A stretch of 64,000 nt of DNA from Vicinamibacterales bacterium (lineage in GTDB: Bacteria > Acidobacteriota > Vicinamibacteria > Vicinamibacterales > UBA2999): positions 18,253 through 82,252 of the forward strand of contig DAIRVG010000009.1 of the NCBI GenBank assembly GCA_036802945.1, written 5' to 3'. The position numbers and the translations under genes were made by a program. Positions 21,093 through 32,298 of this stretch are shown piece after piece (within the stretch, counting starts at the first letter, position 1; each line of letters opens with the position of its first letter). Under the pieces are notes generated by a model, which worked only from the letters and a program-made list of their open reading frames with translations, did no database searches and had not been told where the DNA came from.

Positions 21093-21398
21093 ATGGAGTT
21101 CCAGGACAAGGCCCTGAGGTGTGTGGACTGCGCGTCGGAGTTCATCTGGACAGCGGGTGAACAGCTCTTCTTCGCTGACAAACAGTTCAAAAACGAGCCG
21201 AAGCGCTGCAAGGCGTGCAAGGCGAAACGAGCGAACCGGGTGAGCGCCGGGCCGTCGATGCGCGATCGCGTCGAGACCCAGGCCACCTGCTCGGCGTGCG
21301 GCAAGGACACCACGGTGCCCTTCCGTCCCACGCAGGGCCGACCGGTCTTCTGCAAGGAATGCTTCCAGCAACGGAAGTTTGCAGGCGCCGGCGGGTAG
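21093..21398 (+). CDS. Double zinc-ribbon protein of unknown function
   Basis: CVDC...CKAC then CSAC...CKEC. The first half, FIWTAGEQLFFADKQFKNEPKRCKAC, resembles the probable zinc-ribbon domain family. The second half, TVPFRPTQGRPVFCKECF, resembles the CxxC-x17-CxxC family. Confidence 0.7.
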   Translation: MEFQDKALRCVDCASEFIWTAGEQLFFADKQFKNEPKRCKACKAKRANRVSAGPSMRDRVETQATCSACGKDTTVPFRPTQGRPVFCKECFQQRKFAGAGG

Positions 21399-21438
21399 AC
21401 GTTCCGAGGCTCCACGTTCGCTACTGAAGTGAAATGCA

Positions 21439-21474
21439 GAAAGGCCAGACGTCGCGTCTGGCCTTTCCATTTAT
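21439..21474 (+). terminator. Rho-independent terminator after the zinc-ribbon gene
   Basis: aaaggccagacg (21440-21451) pairs with cgtctggccttt (21455-21466) around a 3-nt loop, followed by ccatttat. Confidence 0.65.
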
Positions 21475-21517
21475 AATTGCAATCTTCTCTCGAAGATTGA
21501 ACGTGAGGCGTGTGTAA

Positions 21518-21868
21518 ATGCAGATCGAAGAACGGCCCCTGGGCGATATCGTCGTCCTGGATCTCAAAGGCAAGATGACGCTGGGCGAAGGCGACGAGCT
21601 GCTCAAGGACAAGATCAACAGCCTCGTTCACCAGGGCCGGCGGAAAGTGGTGCTCAACCTCGAAGGGGTGCCGTACATCGACAGCGCGGGCCTCGGCGAA
21701 ATCGTCCGGACCTATACGACGATCAGCCGGCAGGGGGGCAGTATGAAGCTGCTCAACCTCACGAAGCGGATCACCGACCTCCTCTCGATCACGAAGCTGC
21801 TCACGGTGTTCGAGACCTACGACAACGAAGCGGACGCAGTTCGCAGCTTCTCCTCCGCAAAGGTATAG
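21518..21868 (+). CDS. STAS-domain anti-sigma-factor antagonist (SpoIIAA/RsbV-like)
   Basis: 116 aa with LEGVPYIDSAGLGEIV, carrying the conserved phosphorylatable Ser in the DSAG context. Confidence 0.85.
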   Translation: MQIEERPLGDIVVLDLKGKMTLGEGDELLKDKINSLVHQGRRKVVLNLEGVPYIDSAGLGEIVRTYTTISRQGGSMKLLNLTKRITDLLSITKLLTVFETYDNEADAVRSFSSAKV

Positions 21869-21901
21869 CCGGCACGCTCCTCCGGGAGCGGCCGCGCGGT
21901 C

Positions 21902-22855
21902 ATGGCCCGCGTATCACCTTCACCACCTCCCGTGACCGACGCAGCGCCAACGCCTGTCGTGCGGGATCGCTCGACCATCCATCTCCTGTTGATCTCGCTT
22001 CGTCCCGAGCAATGGACGAAGAATCTGCTGGTCCTCGCGGGCGTCGTGTTCGGCGGGCGGTTGATGGACCCCCGATCGGTCGAGATCGCGCTCGGCGCGT
22101 TTGCGATCTTCTGCGCGCTGTCGGGCGCGGTCTACCTCTTCAACGACGTCGCCGATCGCGCGGCCGACCAAAACCACCCGCTGAAACGCGAGCGGCCGAT
22201 TGCGTCGGGCCGGCTCTCGGTAACGACGGCGCTGGTCGCCGGCCTTGTCCTCGGCATCGCGGGCGTGCAGGCAGCGTTCATGATCCGCACCGAGCTGGGG
22301 GTCGTCGCCGGCACGTACGTGACGATGTTGTTGATCTATTCCGCTGCGCTCAAGCATGTCGTGATCGTGGACGTGCTCATGATCGCTGCCGGCTTCGTGC
22401 TTCGCGCGATCGCAGGGGCGGTTGCCGTGGACGTTCCGATCGGGCACTGGCTGCTGGTCTGCACGACGCTGCTGGCGCTCTTCCTCGCCCTGAGCAAGCG
22501 CCGCCACGAGCTGACCCTGCTGGCCGAAGGGGCGACCGATCACAGGCGCATCCTGGAGGAGTACTCGCCGTATCTCCTGGATCAGATGATCGGGGCTGTG
22601 ACCTCCTCGACCCTGATTGCGTATACGGTGTATGCCACCAGCACCGACACGGCCGCCCGGCTGGGAACGGCCAAGCTCGGCCTGACAATACCTTTTGTGC
22701 TCTACGGGATCTTCCGATATCTCTATCTGGTGCACCAGAAGCGTGGAGGGGGCAGCCCCGCCGCGATGCTGCTGACAGACAGGCCCCTTCTGGGCTGCGT
22801 TGCGCTGTGGGCGGCCACCGTGATCGCGCTTCTGTATTCGCCGCTGGGAAAGTAA
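21902..22855 (+). CDS. Decaprenyl-phosphate phosphoribosyltransferase-like UbiA prenyltransferase (DPPR synthase family)
   Basis: LRPEQWTKNLLVLAGVVFGG and NDVADRAADQNHPLKRERPIASGRLS closely follow the motifs I recall for M. tuberculosis Rv3806c-type enzymes. Polytopic membrane protein. Confidence 0.8.
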   Translation: MARVSPSPPPVTDAAPTPVVRDRSTIHLLLISLRPEQWTKNLLVLAGVVFGGRLMDPRSVEIALGAFAIFCALSGAVYLFNDVADRAADQNHPLKRERPIASGRLSVTTALVAGLVLGIAGVQAAFMIRTELGVVAGTYVTMLLIYSAALKHVVIVDVLMIAAGFVLRAIAGAVAVDVPIGHWLLVCTTLLALFLALSKRRHELTLLAEGATDHRRILEEYSPYLLDQMIGAVTSSTLIAYTVYATSTDTAARLGTAKLGLTIPFVLYGIFRYLYLVHQKRGGGSPAAMLLTDRPLLGCVALWAATVIALLYSPLGK

Positions 22856-23983
22856 ATGCCAGTTACCACGATCGAAGCGCCGTCGAAACCCGAAGCGGCG
22901 CCTCACACGCGTACGGCGCGAGTAGCGGTCGTCCGCACCACGCCCGGGACGGTCCTGACCGATTACGCGCGCGTCATGGATCTCGCCGGCTACCGCGACA
23001 CTCTCGCGCGCGACTGCGACACGCTCATCAAGCTCAATTTGTCCTGGACAAAGTATTTCCCTGCGTGCTCTTCACAGCCGTGGCAAGTGGACGGCGTCGT
23101 CGGGAAGATGCTGGCGGATGGCTTCTTTCGCGAACGGTTGATCCCCATCGAGAACAAGACAGTCGTCACATCCCCTCGAGAGGGATGCCGCAACAACCGC
23201 TGGGAGCCGGTGCTGAATCGCCATGGCCTCACGTTCACGCCGCTGACCGATGTGGAATGGCGCATCTACCGGTTCAAGAGCCCGCTCCTGAAACTGAACG
23301 ACATCTTTCCTGAAGGCATTCAGATTCCTGCGATTTACCCGGGACGGCAGATCCTCCATCTTCCCACCGTGAAGACGCACGGTCATGCCGTGATGACCGG
23401 ATCGGTGAAGAATTCCTTTGGCGGGCTGCTGCGCGAGGTGCGTCACTACGCTCACAAGTACATGCACGAAGTGCTGGTCGACCTCTTGTACATGCAGCGC
23501 GAGCTGCACCCGGCCGTCTTCACCGTGATGGACGGGACCGTCGCCGGCGATGGTGCGGGCCCGCGCACGATGATTCCGCGCGTGAAGAACCTGGTTCTCG
23601 CGGCGACCGATTCCGTCGCGATCGACGCGATCGCGGCGCAGCTCATGGGGTTCGACCCGATGTCGATCCCGTTCCTCCGGATGGCGCACGAGAGGGGCCT
23701 CGGTATCGCCGATCCGCGGCAGATCGAGCTCGTCGGCGACGACGTCTCGATGGAAAACTTTGGATTCCAGACGAAGAAATCATTGGTCATCTGGGGCGAC
23801 CAGATGATCCGCAAGGGCTTTCTCCGCCCGCTCGAGCGCGTCCTGCTGCACTCGCCGCTGATGGTGTGGGCGCCGTTCGCGTCGAACGTGTACCACGACG
23901 TGGTGTGGTATCCGACGATCGGTCAATCCCGCATCCGCGAGTTCATGCGGACGGGATGGGGACAGCTATTTCAAAAATACTGA
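22856..23983 (+). CDS. DUF362-domain protein
   Basis: 375 aa with VAVVRT...LIKLNLSW...KTHGHAVMTGSVKN...DGTVAGDGAGP, the pattern I associate with DUF362. The ATG directly abuts the upstream TAA. Confidence 0.65.
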   Translation: MPVTTIEAPSKPEAAPHTRTARVAVVRTTPGTVLTDYARVMDLAGYRDTLARDCDTLIKLNLSWTKYFPACSSQPWQVDGVVGKMLADGFFRERLIPIENKTVVTSPREGCRNNRWEPVLNRHGLTFTPLTDVEWRIYRFKSPLLKLNDIFPEGIQIPAIYPGRQILHLPTVKTHGHAVMTGSVKNSFGGLLREVRHYAHKYMHEVLVDLLYMQRELHPAVFTVMDGTVAGDGAGPRTMIPRVKNLVLAATDSVAIDAIAAQLMGFDPMSIPFLRMAHERGLGIADPRQIELVGDDVSMENFGFQTKKSLVIWGDQMIRKGFLRPLERVLLHSPLMVWAPFASNVYHDVVWYPTIGQSRIREFMRTGWGQLFQKY

Positions 23984-23993
23984 GCATTCACTG

Positions 23994-25067
23994 ATGGATC
24001 ACAATCAGCAAGGACGCCGCGGCGGACATTTCCACAACCGCGGTCGGCGCGGCCCCGACAGGCGGGGCCCGGAGCGGCGACAGCCGCCCCCACCCGAGCA
24101 GATCAACCGTGGCGATCGGGTCGATGTCGAGCAGATCATGCGAGACATCCGTGCGCGTATCTCGCAGCGCAGCGGAATCGACCTCTCGAACCAGCAGATA
24201 CAGGAGCTGGCCGCCCGGCGTCTGGAGGCCATCCTCGATCCCCGGGCCCTGAAGCCCGGCCTGCTCGATCAGCTGCGGCGCGGTGCGGGTGACCGACAAC
24301 AGCCATCGCAGGCCGCTCCAGCATTGCCGCCTCTGTTTGAGGAGGTGAATCTGTACGACTCGCCCAGCGGGCTGCTGCGTTTTGTCCGCAAGGTGCTGAA
24401 CCCGATCCTGCGACTTTTCTTCAATCCCACTCCGATTGCGCATGCGCTAGCCGTCCAGGGACGCCTGAACGCCGACGCCGCCATGCGTGAGACCGAGCGC
24501 GAGCGCCGCCAGACCGAGTGGAACGCGTTGCACTACGAAATCCTGCAGCGGCTTGTTACCGAAGTCGCGCGCGTCAGCCTCGAGGCGCAAAGTCTTTCTC
24601 TCCGCGTCGAGTCGTTGAGCACGCGTGTCGACTTCAACGATCGTCGCGTCCGCACCTTCGAGGGCACGCAGGTCCGCGCACCGCGCCCGCAGGACACGGC
24701 GGCCGCACCGCAGCCGCAACCCGGCGCCGCCGCGGCTGCGCCACTGGAGCCGACCGCCGCCGCTCAGCCGCCGACCGAGGGCCAGCAGGGACAGCCAGGA
24801 CAGCCTCAGCCTGGCGACCCGCCTCGCCGCCGGCGTCGCCGCCGCCGTGGCCGCCGTGGCATGGGCGCAGGCACCAGCGTGCCCCCCGAGACCGCGGCCG
24901 GAGCACCCTCAACTCCCGGTGTCAGCGACATGGAATCGGAAGGCGAGACAGACGAAGGATTCGACGACGAGCCGGCCGCTGAGGAAGCAATGACGAACAG
25001 CGTTGAAACACCTTCCTCGGATGCCGTCTCGCGTGACGATTTACCTCCTCGCATTCCGGAGGAATGA
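23994..25067 (+). CDS. Hypothetical protein: Arg/Gly-rich disordered ends around a central coiled-coil-like core
   Basis: The N-terminus is QQGRRGGHFHNRGRRGPDRRGPERRQPPPP. The central segment is LYDSPSGLLRFVRKVLNPILRLFFNP...RQTEWNALHYEILQRLVTEV. An RRRRRRRGRRG run and an acidic tail follow. Tight operon spacing supports that it is coding. Confidence 0.55.
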   Translation: MDHNQQGRRGGHFHNRGRRGPDRRGPERRQPPPPEQINRGDRVDVEQIMRDIRARISQRSGIDLSNQQIQELAARRLEAILDPRALKPGLLDQLRRGAGDRQQPSQAAPALPPLFEEVNLYDSPSGLLRFVRKVLNPILRLFFNPTPIAHALAVQGRLNADAAMRETERERRQTEWNALHYEILQRLVTEVARVSLEAQSLSLRVESLSTRVDFNDRRVRTFEGTQVRAPRPQDTAAAPQPQPGAAAAAPLEPTAAAQPPTEGQQGQPGQPQPGDPPRRRRRRRRGRRGMGAGTSVPPETAAGAPSTPGVSDMESEGETDEGFDDEPAAEEAMTNSVETPSSDAVSRDDLPPRIPEE

Positions 25068-25108
25068 CCACTCGGCAAGGTCAGACTCACCAGGAGCGTA
25101 GTCGAGGG

Positions 25109-26419
25109 ATGAAGCTTGCCGTCGTGGTGCAGCGGTACGGCGCCAATATCAGCGGCGGCGCCGAGTTGCACGCTAGATACGTCGCCGAGCGCCTTGTACG
25201 CCATGCGGACGTACGCGTGCTAACCACGTGCGCGCGCGACTACGTGACATGGCGTAACGAACTTCCGGCCGGCGCAGATACGGTCAACGGTGTTGCCGTC
25301 GAGCGCTTTCCAGTTACGCAAGAGCGCGACGACGCGGATTTCGGCAAGCGTTCGACGCAGGTCTTCACACGGCACCATTCGTTGCACGATGAGTTGGAAT
25401 GGCTGGAGAGTGAGGGTCCTGTCAGCCCTGCACTGATCGAACGTGTCACCGCAAATCCGGATGAGTTCGACTTCGTCGTCGTGTTCAGCGCGCGCTATTA
25501 CCACGCCTATCACACCGCGCGGGGCGTGCCCTTGCGCACCGTGCTCGTTCCGACGGCAGAACGCGATCCGGCCCTTGGACTCGGCCTCTTCGGACCTGTG
25601 TTTCGCGGCGTGCGCGCGATCATGTACAACTCGTACGAGGAACGGGCGTTGATTCAAGCCGTCTCGTCCAACGAGCAGGTCCCGGGCGTGATTGTGGGTG
25701 TCGGGTCCGAGATTCCTCAGGTCGTCGAACCGGCGCGCGTACGGAAGAAGTTTGGTCTCGATGGACCCTACGTGATCTACGTCGGTCGCATCGACGTCAA
25801 CAAAGGCTGCATGGAGTTGTTCGACTTCTTCATTCGGTACGTCGACGGACACCCGCACCCGCCGTCACTGATGCTGATCGGGACACCGGTGCTCGACATT
25901 CCCTCTCATCCGCGCATCAGGCACCTCGGCTTCGTGGATGACCAGGACAAGTTCGACGCGATCGCGGGGGCGGCGGCGCTCATCATGCCGTCGTACTATG
26001 AAAGTCTTTCGATGGTGGCGCTCGAGGCCTGGGCGCTCGGGACGCCGGTCATCGCCAACGCGCGATGCGACGTACTGCTCGGGCAGTGCCTCCGGAGCAA
26101 CAGCGGCCTCTATTACACGAACGACTCGGAGTTTGCCGGCGTGCTCGATCGGCTCCTGGAGGACCCAAACCTTGCCGAAACGCTTGGGCGAAACGGCCGC
26201 GAATTTTTCGAGCGAAATTACAGCTGGCCTGTCATCGAACGGAAGTATCTCGACATGTTTGCGGAACTGTCGTCCAATCCGCCTACGCATCGCATGGAGG
26301 GCCTTCCGGGATGGCTGTCCCGGCGGCAGCGCACGATGCGTCCGGCGGCCGAGGTCGTGGATCGGCTGCCGTCCGGCCCGGTGATCGACACACCGGCATC
26401 GCGCGGAGCTATCGCATGA
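25109..26419 (+). CDS. Glycosyltransferase, GT4 (GT-B fold)
   Basis: MKLAVVVQRYGANISGGAELHARYVAERL... and the C-terminal SYYESLSMVALEAWALGTPVIAN (E-x7-E region). An alternative start at 25064 would overlap the upstream stop. Confidence 0.85.
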   Translation: MKLAVVVQRYGANISGGAELHARYVAERLVRHADVRVLTTCARDYVTWRNELPAGADTVNGVAVERFPVTQERDDADFGKRSTQVFTRHHSLHDELEWLESEGPVSPALIERVTANPDEFDFVVVFSARYYHAYHTARGVPLRTVLVPTAERDPALGLGLFGPVFRGVRAIMYNSYEERALIQAVSSNEQVPGVIVGVGSEIPQVVEPARVRKKFGLDGPYVIYVGRIDVNKGCMELFDFFIRYVDGHPHPPSLMLIGTPVLDIPSHPRIRHLGFVDDQDKFDAIAGAAALIMPSYYESLSMVALEAWALGTPVIANARCDVLLGQCLRSNSGLYYTNDSEFAGVLDRLLEDPNLAETLGRNGREFFERNYSWPVIERKYLDMFAELSSNPPTHRMEGLPGWLSRRQRTMRPAAEVVDRLPSGPVIDTPASRGAIA

Positions 26420-27690
26420 AGCTCGCTTTCATCACACCGCGTTACGGAGGCGAAATCACGACCGGCGCCGAGCACGCATGCCGTCTGCTCGCGGAACAGC
26501 TCAAAGAACGGCACGACGTGGAAGTCGTGACGACGGCAGCGCGCGACCCCCGCACTTGGAAGAACGAGTACGGCGAGGGCACCGATCGCGTGCGCGGCGT
26601 CCTGGTCCGGCGCTTTTCCGTCAACCAACTCCACGACCCGCACACGTTCAAGGAGTTCACTGACAGGATCCTCGGTGCACCGCGATCGCGCGATGAGGAG
26701 ATGGACTGGGTACGGCGGCTCGGCCCGTCAGCGCCGGGGTTGATTGAACACCTGAAGCGGCAGCACCGCTCGTACGACGCGCTGGTCTTCTTCTCGCTGT
26801 TCCACGCGACCACCGTCCAGGGCCTCGCGGTCGCCCCCGAGCGAAGCATCCTGTTTCCGTGCCTGCGCCTCAGCCCCATTCTCCGATTCGGCCTGTGGCC
26901 TGATGTCGTGTCCTCGGCGCGGACGATTGGCTTGTTGTCCGGTTCCGAACGCCGTCTGCTCCGATCGTTTCTTCGGGTCGGCACCGGGCAGGAGGAACTG
27001 GTGGGAATCGGCGTTGAGCCGGCTCAACGCCAGGTGTATCCACGACACCAGCAGGATCCGGCCGACGATGCGGTCGATGACGATAGGGCAACCGACTCGG
27101 ACGTATCTCCCTCACCTGAGGACGAGCGTGCGGATCGAGGGGTCCCGTTCCGGCGCCGGCATCGTCTGTATGGGCCGATCGCGCTCTACGGTGGTCGCGT
27201 CGAACCGGACAACGGCTGTGAGGAGATGCTCGATTACTTCGACAGCTATGCTGCGGCCGACGGCGACACGTCGCTCGTTCTGATGGGCGTCAAGATGATG
27301 CGAGTGCCTGACGAACCGTACCTGCGGCAGGCAGGCGTCCTGCCCGATCGGGACCGGATGGTCGCGTACGAGGCTGCCGACGTCACGCTCGTGCCAGGAT
27401 TCGACGATCCCCTCGCGCAGTCGGTCCTCGAGAGTTTTGCCGTGGGCACACCCGTGCTGGCGAGTGCGCGCAACGATGCGGCCGTCGAGCACTGCCGGCG
27501 CGCGAACGGCGGGCTCTACTATGCCAACCGCGATGAGTTCGTCGAGGGGCTGCGCATCCTCATGACCGGGTCAAAGCTGCGCGAGCAGCTCGGCGAGAGC
27601 GGGCGTCAGTATGTGCGGCAGCACTATCGGTGGGATGCGGTCCTCGGCCGCTTCGAGCGGCTCGTCATGGCCGTCAGAAACCGGGCGTGA
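26416..27690 (+). CDS. Glycosyltransferase, GT4 (paralogue of the preceding gene)
   Basis: MKLAFITPRYGGEITTGAEHACRLLAEQL... and PLAQSVLESFAVGTPVLAS. Start at ATG 26416 (ATGA overlap). The 541-aa track ORF is an out-of-context upstream extension. Confidence 0.85.
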   Translation: MKLAFITPRYGGEITTGAEHACRLLAEQLKERHDVEVVTTAARDPRTWKNEYGEGTDRVRGVLVRRFSVNQLHDPHTFKEFTDRILGAPRSRDEEMDWVRRLGPSAPGLIEHLKRQHRSYDALVFFSLFHATTVQGLAVAPERSILFPCLRLSPILRFGLWPDVVSSARTIGLLSGSERRLLRSFLRVGTGQEELVGIGVEPAQRQVYPRHQQDPADDAVDDDRATDSDVSPSPEDERADRGVPFRRRHRLYGPIALYGGRVEPDNGCEEMLDYFDSYAAADGDTSLVLMGVKMMRVPDEPYLRQAGVLPDRDRMVAYEAADVTLVPGFDDPLAQSVLESFAVGTPVLASARNDAAVEHCRRANGGLYYANRDEFVEGLRILMTGSKLREQLGESGRQYVRQHYRWDAVLGRFERLVMAVRNRA

Positions 27691-29183
<1,493 letters not shown>

Positions 29184-29187
<4 letters not shown>

Positions 29188-32100
29188 TGAGCGGCGCGCG
29201 CCAGCTGTTCGGCCTCCGCGGGCGGAAACCGCAGCGTGAACCGCGTGCCCTGCCCGATGCTGCTCTCGCAGTCGATCGAGCCTTCGTGCTCGCGGACGAT
29301 GCCGTACGTGATCGAGAGGCCGAGCCCGGTGCCGTGCCCGATGGCCTTCGTGGTGAAGAAGGGATCGTAGATCCGCGCGAGGTGCTCGCTGGGAATGCCC
29401 GAGCCCGTGTCGGAGATCTCGACGACCGCCTGCCCAGTCTCCAGCCGCGACGCGATCGACAACCAGCCGCCCTTGGGCATCGCGTCCTTCGCATTGAGAA
29501 ACAGGTTGAGAAACACCTGTTGAAGCTTCTGCTCGACGCCGAGCACGTTAATCGGTTGTTCGCTCAACTCGCGCCGAACCGTGACGTGGTGCAGATGGAA
29601 CTGGTGCTCGAGCAGAGACAGCACGTCCGAAATAACGGTGTTGACGTCGACTGCGGCCAGGTCGTTGCTCATTGCGGCGCCGGGCCGCGAGAGATTCAGG
29701 AGACCATTGACGATCTTGGCCGCTCGAAACGTCTGTCGCTCGATCTTCTCGAGCACGCGGGTCCGTGGATCCTGTGGGTCGGCGCCGTCGAGCAGCATTT
29801 GCGTGAAGCTGGAGATCCCGGTGAGCGGCGTGTTCACCTCGTGCGCCACTCCGGCAGCCAGCAACCCAATCGACGCCATCTTTTCCGAAATCTGGAGCTG
29901 CTCTTCGAGCTGCACGCGGCGCGTGACGTCTTCAATGATCACAATCGTGCCGACTGTGGTGATGCCGCTTTCATCCGCCGCCCGCAGGGGCACGACGGCC
30001 GCATTCACCGTCAGCGGCTCGTCGCCGCCGCCGCGGCGTTCGAACTGGAGCCGCGAGAGGGTCGCTCCCGCCGGCGTGTCGCGGCGCGCGGCGCGGAGCG
30101 CTTCGACGAAATGACCGTCGAACAGATCGTCCAGGCGCCGGCCGGTCGCTTCGCCCTTTGACACGCCATACAACGCTTCGAGCGCCGGGTTCCAGCGCAC
30201 GATGCGATCGTCGAGATCCAGGACCAGCAGGCCGTCGTCGAGCGACTCGAGAATGTTTTCGTTGAAGGCGCGCACGCGATCCAGCTCCAGCGCCTTCACG
30301 TGCAGCTGGCGGTACAGGCGCGCGTTTTCGAGCGCCGTCGCAATCTGTCCGGCGACCGCGCCCAGCAGGCTCATGTCCTCGCTGTTCAGCGGCTCGCCCG
30401 TGTCCTTGCGGCCCAGAACGAGCACCGCGATCGCGCCTTCCTTGGCCACGCACGGGACGAAGTAGTAGAGACCCGAATCGCGCCAGAACTCGATCTCCTC
30501 CACCGAAAACCGCGTCGCCGCGATGGGGTCGTCGAGCGCCACGGTGTGGCCCGCCTCGAGACGCCTCCCTATGCCCGAATGTTTCGGCAGCGCCGGCGGA
30601 TGACTGTCGCCGAATCCCGACGCGCGAACGGACCCGTAATATGGCGCTGCCTCATCCGCGAGCATCAGGGCCATCCGTTCGACGAGCAGCGTTTCGACGA
30701 CGCGCGACACGAGTCGCTCGGACAACCTGTGGAGATCGAGATCGCTGTTGAGGTCGCGCGCGAAGCCCACGAGCGCGCGCCGGTAGTCGTACCGATCGCG
30801 GTAGAACGCGCGATCGAGCGCATTCTGCACGGCGTTCTTCACAGGCGGCGCCAGCAGCAGCGCTACCAGCGTTGCCAGAAATGCGATGATCCAGTTGTGT
30901 TCGTTGTCGTCGTTCAACCAGACGCGCTGGACCCCCTGCAGCATCGCCGCGTAGATCGCGACGATGGCGCCGAGCGCCGCGGCATAGACCAGCGCGCGCT
31001 TCACGATCACTTCGATGTCCATCAGCCGGTACCGCACGATGGCCGAGGCATACGCGAGCGGAATCAGACCAAGTGGGATGGCTGAAAGCTGCATCGGCAG
31101 CGATCCGTCCACGCCAACCGCAAAGGGAAGCGCGTAACCGAGCGCGAAGGGTCCGGCCCCGAGCGCCGTACCCCATGCGATCCAGCGAAGCTGCCGGCGG
31201 CCCGTAATCGATCGCACCTCGTGCAGTGCGCGCGTGAGCGCCGACAGGCCTGCGATTAAGCACCCCGCAAGATAGAGGAACTCGAGCCGGTCGAGCGTTT
31301 CGAGCACGCGCATGAAGCGCGCGGGATCGGCGGAAAGACGCGTGAGGGCCATGACGTGGGCGATGCCCAGTACGACCGCCGGAACGTAGGCGAGCGGGAC
31401 GACGGCGCGGCCAATCGGGCCTGCCGTCCACCGTCGCGCCCGCTCGGGAAAGACCAGCGTGAAGTGCAGAAAGAGTGGCGGCAACACGAGCATCGACACC
31501 GCATCGGCCCAGTAGAACACCCAATCGAGTCGATCGAGCCGGCCGCTGAACGAGAAGGTGAAGACGCCGAAGAAGGCCACCGACAGCCAGAAGAAATGCA
31601 GTGTCGCGGGATCGCGTGGCCGGCGCAACCGGACGGCGCCGCCGACCAACAGCGTAAAGATGCCGACGGCGGCAAGCAGGAAGTAAAGCGCGCGGGGGCC
31701 GCTCGGGATGGGGGCGATTCGTAGATCCACGACCTCGCGCGTACCGAGCCTGAGGATCGTGTAGCGAACAGTCTGGCCGGCATCCGCCGTCTGAAGCATC
31801 CGCACCACGTCGGACATCTGCTGGACTGGACGGTCGTCAATGGCCAGGAGCAGGTCGCCGCGCTTGATACCAACCGAGGCAGCCGCCGTCCCGGCGCCGA
31901 TGTCGGCCGCCACGACTCCGTCGGGCTGCGTCGTCCAAAGCACGCCGTCTTCAACGGCATGCCACGTCGCGCGAGCTGAGATGTTCGCGATCCCGAGGCA
32001 GAGCAATCCGGAGACGACGAGAAGCGGAAGGACGGGTCCTCCCCAATGCGCCCACGCACGTGTCGCGTCCGAGCCTCGTTTACCGTCTCTCATCTTTGTC

Positions 32101-32189
32101 AATGCCCGCCCGGAGACACGCCGGGCGGTGCGTCTCTGGCGAGCAAACGATATACCACGAGCGGTGGGGTGGCCCTGGTCGTAACTCAC
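29184..32189 (-). CDS. Sensor histidine kinase: TM-PDZ-polytopic membrane domain-GAF-PAS-HisKA-HATPase
   Basis: PDZ-like VGIKRGDLLLAIDDRPVQQMSDVVRML follows the first TM, then about 8 hydrophobic segments. AFYRDRYDYRRALVGFARDL resembles the PrsK-type juxtamembrane motif. The H-box is AAGVAHEVNTPL, and the N/G boxes are NAKDAM and DTGSGI. An alternative start exists at 32093. Confidence 0.85.
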
Positions 32190-32298
32190 TGAAAATCAGT
32201 CGTTTAACGAAGTTCAAGAATATCAGAACCCGTGTCGATCCAATGCGCGGGAGCCATCATCCAATCGGATGGACCTCAAAACCGCTCAAAAATACGCG

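Noticed and set aside
20667-21470. 267-aa and 221-aa - strand ORFs (the second at 20966-21631) spanning the rpsU/zinc-ribbon region.
   Set aside because: They are antisense to S21 and the zinc-ribbon gene, cross a terminator hairpin, and have no motifs.
24820-24860. CGCCGC-rich runs encoding poly-Arg (also at 58530-58570 in pcnB) as possible simple-sequence or slippage tracts.
   Set aside because: The codons are heterogeneous (cgc/cgg/cgt mixed) rather than a pure microsatellite. Arg-rich tails are normal for PcnB. The run is treated as protein composition, discussed under the 23994-25067 finding.
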